Below, in pieces: positions 16,487 through 20,672 of a DNA stretch of 20,672 nucleotides. Source of the stretch: Armatimonadota bacterium (GTDB taxonomy: Bacteria; Armatimonadota; Hebobacteria; CAIYQO01). Position 1 is the stretch's first letter. Each line of letters starts with the position of its first letter. The notes under the pieces are model-generated. The model saw only the letters and a program-made list of their open reading frames with translations, was not told the origin of the DNA and did no database searches. Made by a program: the position numbers and the translations under genes. The stretch lies in contig JBBRXO010000051.1 in NCBI GenBank assembly GCA_038248345.1, positions 1 to 20,672 of the forward strand, written 5' to 3'.

Positions 16487-18265
16487 ATGCTCTCCCGTCT
16501 GTTATTGCCATTTCGCTTTCTCATGCAGTTGTTTAACAATCGCCTGCTGCTCATGCGCGTGATGTTGCTGCTGGTCTTCGTCACCTTCGCAGTGCGGTTA
16601 GCCTTTCTGCAAGTGTGGACGGGCAAGGCGTTACGCGACGTATCCACCCGTAACCATCTGCGCTGGGTACGTTTCCCCGCGCCTCGCGGCATGATCCTTG
16701 ATCGCAAAGGGCGGGTGCTGGCGACCAGCACCGAATCGCGTGCAGTATGGTTAGTGAGCAGCGAGGTACCGCGCAAGGGCTGGGAGTATCTGTACCTCGG
16801 GCTGGTGAATGCGGGCATCTTCCCAAATGTGGAAGCCGCAAGTGCGGGACTGGAGGAGACACGTAAGAATCCCAGCTATCAGCCGCAGCGGCTGATGAGC
16901 GATCTGGACATCACCCAGATCACACGCATTGAAGAGGAACTGGCATATCTTCCCGGCATTTACCTGAACACCGAACCACTACGTAGCTATCCCGGCGGCG
17001 CGTTGGCAGCGCACCTTATTGGCTACCTTAGCGAGATTGACGAGAAGAAGTTGGTAACCATGCGTGCGGATGGTTATCGCGCGGGGGACCGGGTAGGTAA
17101 GACCGGCATTGAGGCCGCCTTTGAGGATATCCTGCGCGGGCAGGAGGGTGGCGAACAACTGGAGGTAGACGTCTCTGGGCGCGTGTTGCACCGCTACGAG
17201 CGTACGGAACCCCAGGCAGGCGGCAATATCACCCTCACCATCGACCTTGATATACAGCGTGCTGCTGAAGAAGGACTGAAGGGGCTGGAGGGTGCTGTGG
17301 TGGTGCTGGATCCGCATACCGGTGACGTGCTGGCGATTGCCAGCACCCCGGCATATGACCTGAACCAGATGTCCACGCGCATTACTACCGATATGATGGA
17401 GGAATTCCAACAAAACCACGCCATGGAGAACCGTGCCACCAGCTCTTACCCACCGGGTTCTGTTTTCAAGATCATCACCGCTGCATCAGCGTTGGAGAAA
17501 AACGTTATCCCCGCTGACGCCTCCTATTACTGCGACGGCAGTTATTTTGGAATTAAATGTTGGAAGCATGACGGCCATCAGGCTCTCTCACTCACTGGGG
17601 CAATCGCCCAGTCCTGCAATGTGGCCTTCATGAAGATCGCCGAACAGACTGGCCCCGAGGGTATGCTTAGCATGGGGCGTCGCTTCGGCCTTGGGCAAAA
17701 GGTGGGCATCGGGGACTTCCTGCCCGAGGTAACGGGTAATTTGCCAGATACTGCGCGCAAGAATGCGGGAGTACCCTGGCAACTAGGCGATACGCTCAAT
17801 ATAGGCATCGGACAAGGTCGCCTGCTGGTAACCCCGCTCCAATCCTCGCGCATCATCGCCGCCTTTGCCAATGGCGGTCTGCTGGTCACGCCACGTCTGG
17901 TAGGTAGTATCGGCAACGAGCCGCAACGGATGACCAGCGCCTCGACCATTGGTTTAAGTAATAACACTATGGAGCGCATCAACCAGGGGTTACGCGCAGT
18001 AGCCAGTGAAGGCACCGCCAAACACCTGGATCAGGCACTGCACATCGCCGCCAAAACCGGCACCGCACAGAACCCCGGCGGAACAGACCATGCCTGGTTC
18101 GTCGGCTACGCCCCCTACGAAAAACCGACTATCGCCGTAGCGGTGCTGGTAGTCCACGGCGGCCACGGCGCCGAAAACGCCGCCCCCATCGCCCAGATGG
18201 TAATACGGGCGGCTAACGGGGAGAAGATGGATGCTGCGGTGCCGGTGGTATTGCCCGGTCAGTAA
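16487..18265 (+). CDS. mrdA: Class B penicillin-binding protein 2
   Basis: TM, RL..LQ, APRG.I.DR.G, R.YP, G..GIE, LTID; active-site SVFK, SCN, KTGT; HAWF.GYAP. Confidence 0.9.
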   Translation: MLSRLLLPFRFLMQLFNNRLLLMRVMLLLVFVTFAVRLAFLQVWTGKALRDVSTRNHLRWVRFPAPRGMILDRKGRVLATSTESRAVWLVSSEVPRKGWEYLYLGLVNAGIFPNVEAASAGLEETRKNPSYQPQRLMSDLDITQITRIEEELAYLPGIYLNTEPLRSYPGGALAAHLIGYLSEIDEKKLVTMRADGYRAGDRVGKTGIEAAFEDILRGQEGGEQLEVDVSGRVLHRYERTEPQAGGNITLTIDLDIQRAAEEGLKGLEGAVVVLDPHTGDVLAIASTPAYDLNQMSTRITTDMMEEFQQNHAMENRATSSYPPGSVFKIITAASALEKNVIPADASYYCDGSYFGIKCWKHDGHQALSLTGAIAQSCNVAFMKIAEQTGPEGMLSMGRRFGLGQKVGIGDFLPEVTGNLPDTARKNAGVPWQLGDTLNIGIGQGRLLVTPLQSSRIIAAFANGGLLVTPRLVGSIGNEPQRMTSASTIGLSNNTMERINQGLRAVASEGTAKHLDQALHIAAKTGTAQNPGGTDHAWFVGYAPYEKPTIAVAVLVVHGGHGAENAAPIAQMVIRAANGEKMDAAVPVVLPGQ

Positions 18266-18464
18266 ATTTTTGTCCCCTGGGAACGCCATCACCTGATTGG
18301 CGTTTTGCAGGATGAGGTTAAGCAGGGATTGTGTGCCACCAATTGCCTCGAAGGTAGAAGATACAATGACCACGTGGTGTGCCCCGTGGCTAGAAGCACA
18401 TGACACTTTGTGGCTGATATCTTCAAAAGGTTAATGAATTAACTTCCTGCTCATCGTTGTTGTC

Positions 18465-19285
18465 CTATCGCCTCGCCTCAATATGTACCGCAAAGCCCTT
18501 GAACCCGCACCGTTCGGCGAATTGGCCTTTGGTTAGCAATAGTTTGCCTACCAGGGGGTTGCCGATGATGTATTTGTCATCTTTGCGACCCAGGATGGTG
18601 ACGAAGTGGCCGATGGGGCCGATGGGGCCGTAGTTGATGCCGATGATAGCGGGGGTCGGGATGCTGGCGATGTCGGATTGCTGCCACAGCGTCACGGTGC
18701 ATCATTGCGCACGGGCGTAGCGGATCCGGTACCAGATTTCGGTACCGGAGGAAGAGGTGTAACACGCACGGGCGATCTCTTTCTCTGTCCTGCTGATCCC
18801 CAGCGTGTTGAGCACGGTAGCCAGCGATGCCGGGCCGCAGGTGGAGCCAGTGTATTGTAGGCATACCCCATCTCGCCATTTATTGGTATCCAATGCAGGA
18901 TAGTTCAAGGGTAGCAGCGCTGGCTTGATGAATGGCACCGATACCAGACAAATGGCCAGGCAGAGATAACCCCAACGTGTGGAGCGCAAAAAAAAAGTGG
19001 GATCGATTTGGTGGGAACAGGCATGAATCCGAAGAGGAAGCCCCATGCCATCGCCAGTAACTCCATGCCCGGCAGGCTACGAAATTGAATGTACCACAAT
19101 TGGTCATCGAAAAGGTGCAGGTAATACACTAAGAACGACAGCCCCGGCAGGCAGAGCAGTATCGCTATTGCCAACACCAGACCCCACCACTTCCTTGCCG
19201 TAAGACGCGATGAAACCACGCGTCCCAGCGCGAAGAGCAGTACACCTGAAAGGAGCGCAATGGGGAATAGCGGGTTGTAGTACAT
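18465..19285 (-). pseudogene. Membrane-anchored C39-like cysteine peptidase interrupted by a frameshift (T9 tract) and an in-frame TGA
   Basis: ORF 19285-18905 encodes TM helices; ORF 19046-18702 has CLQ...TCGPASLAT; ORF 18695-18465, same frame after the TGA at 18702-18704, has GHFV..LG and IGNP. Frame change maps to A9 at 18988-18996. Confidence 0.78.
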
Positions 19286-19292
19286 GCGTTGG

Positions 19293-20123
19293 CTACCTAC
19301 TTTGCCGTGCTTTCCATACCGCGACGATAAATCGCGGCAGCGCCATCATCCGCGGCAGGCGTTTTGGTTCTTGCGCCAGGCGGTAGAGCCACTCGATGCC
19401 GGTGAGTTGCATCCAGCGGGGGGCGCGTTTCAGGTTGCCGCTGATGACGTCGAAGCTGCCGCCCACTCCGATGAGTACCGGTACCTGCAGTGCGTCGAAA
19501 TACTGGCGGATGAACAGCTCCTGCCGGGGGATGCCCAGCGCCACGAAGATGACGCGTGCGCCGCTGGCAGCGATTTCTTGCACGATCTGGGGTTCCTCCT
19601 CCGCCGAGAAGAAGCCGTTGCGCGTCCCGGCGATCAGCAGGCCGGGGTGGCGCGAGACGAGTTTATCCGCCGCTTGCCGGGCGATATCCTCCGCCGCGCC
19701 GAAGAGATAGACGGGGTAGCCTTTAGTGGCCGCCAACGCGCATATCTGCTCTACCAGGTCACAGCCACTCACGCGCTCTGGCATCCGCTGCCCGCATAGC
19801 TTCGTCGCCAGCAACACCCCGGCGCCGTCAGCCGTCACCAGGTCGGCACGGCGCACGATGTCGAGGAACTCCGGCGTTTCCACCGCGCGCATGATACCGC
19901 TGGCATCCGCTGTGACGATGTGGTGCGGCTTGCCGGATCGGATGAACTCATCAATGCGCTGTATCGCTTCCGCCATGGAAAGAGGATCCACCGGCACCCC
20001 CAGCAACTCCACGCGTTCTGTCGCCACCGGCAGATTCTTCATCCGCCGGAATAACACCGCCCCGCTGACAATGCCCGCCGCTGCGAGGACAGTACCAACT
20101 ATACACCCCGGTCTACTAGACAT
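19293..20123 (-). CDS. WecG/TagA/CpsF-family glycosyltransferase with N-terminal hydrophobic anchor
   Basis: ADLVTADGAGV, ERVSGCDL, YLFGA, RNGFF, VALGIPRQE, GVGGSFD...G...RAP.WMQ..G.EWLYRL..EPKR. SD GAGG. Confidence 0.93.
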   Translation of the reverse strand: MSSRPGCIVGTVLAAAGIVSGAVLFRRMKNLPVATERVELLGVPVDPLSMAEAIQRIDEFIRSGKPHHIVTADASGIMRAVETPEFLDIVRRADLVTADGAGVLLATKLCGQRMPERVSGCDLVEQICALAATKGYPVYLFGAAEDIARQAADKLVSRHPGLLIAGTRNGFFSAEEEPQIVQEIAASGARVIFVALGIPRQELFIRQYFDALQVPVLIGVGGSFDVISGNLKRAPRWMQLTGIEWLYRLAQEPKRLPRMMALPRFIVAVWKARQSR

Positions 20124-20209
20124 TTATATATACCTCAATAGATTAGTATTCGCTAATTCCAGCCACAATCCAAAAAACGTAAGTGGACCTCGCCCGCAAC
20201 CCGATTCAA

Positions 20210-20353
20210 TTTCTGAGCTACTAGGGCTCACTAGCTCAGAAACAGCTACTAACATAGCCTCGGGTGAAGCCCGTGGTAGGCTTTTCGAACACTTAACCAT
20301 AGGATTTTTAACTACTTCCCCGGGTTTCGCCCGGGGAAGTAGTTAGTAGCTCA
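20210..20353. repeat. REP-like palindrome cluster
   Basis: Hairpin TTTCTGAGCTA / TAGCTCAGAAA (20210-20242); inverted units AGCTACTAAC..CCTCGGGTGAAGCCCGTGG (20244-20276) and CCCCGGGTTTCGCCCGGGG..GTTAGTAGCT (20318-20351); perfect 16-bp stem 20309-20345. Confidence 0.7.
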
Positions 20354-20444
20354 CTATTTGGTTATTGCCCGTAGTAGCCCGTTCTATATTGATACCTACA
20401 ACTTGTTTGTATACGATAGTTCTGAAACCTAAAGACCTACAGAC

Positions 20445-20672
20445 CTAAATCTGCAGCCAGAGCATCGTCAAATAATCGCTACATCCCTGTTTGCGCCAGA
20501 AGGCTTGCGAGATGGGGTTGTGGTAGGCGGCGTTGAGTTGCACTGTGTGCAGGCCGCGCCCGGCGAACCACTGCATTATTCCCGCCACCAGTTGCTTCCC
20601 TACACCATGGCGACGGTTGGCTGCGCTGACGCTGATATCGCTGAGGAAAGCGTAGCGCAGGTTGGCGAAGAA
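20445..20672 (-). CDS. GNAT-family N-acetyltransferase, C-terminal part (5' end outside window; not in ORF track)
   Basis: Manual translation FFANLRYAFLSDISVSAANRRHGVGKQLV...LNAAYHNPISQAFWRKQG...LQI* shows the acetyl-CoA motif RRxGVG and the N..A..FW...G pattern. Confidence 0.88.
   Translation of the reverse strand, partial: FFANLRYAFLSDISVSAANRRHGVGKQLVAGIMQWFAGRGLHTVQLNAAYHNPISQAFWRKQGCSDYLTMLWLQI

Noticed and set aside
18699..18704. In-frame TGA as selenocysteine or as Gly/Trp genetic-code reassignment
   Set aside because: The position is not the catalytic Cys, no SECIS-like hairpin is evident, and TGA ends intact genes in this window (2102, 6499, 8530, 9378).
20427..20450. Three imperfect 8-bp tandem units ACCTA(A/C)A(G/T)
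   Set aside because: Too short and degenerate to interpret.

Overview
Chromosomal window of a probably diderm bacterium. The prepilin-like H-X9-DG-type protein and long MlaD suggest Armatimonadota or a similar lineage, but this is inference only. From left to right it holds: a MacAB-type ABC exporter operon (partial adaptor, ATPase, permease, Gly-rich lipoprotein); mlaF-mlaD without mlaE; a minus-strand ECF sigma / zinc-finger anti-sigma-DUF4349 / pilin-like cluster; a CaCA cation antiporter under a yybP-ykoY (Mn2+) riboswitch; ribH-htrA; rel; a small phosphoglycosyl transferase; an SRPBCC protein; PBP2; a doubly disrupted membrane C39-like peptidase; a TagA/WecG glycosyltransferase; and a partial GNAT. 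The most unusual parts are the ECF module, whose anti-sigma carries a pilin-like segment and a strong internal in-frame RBS and is followed by a degenerate prepilin-like gene, and several intergenic REP/REPIN-like palindrome clusters, one nested and one with compensatory base changes.
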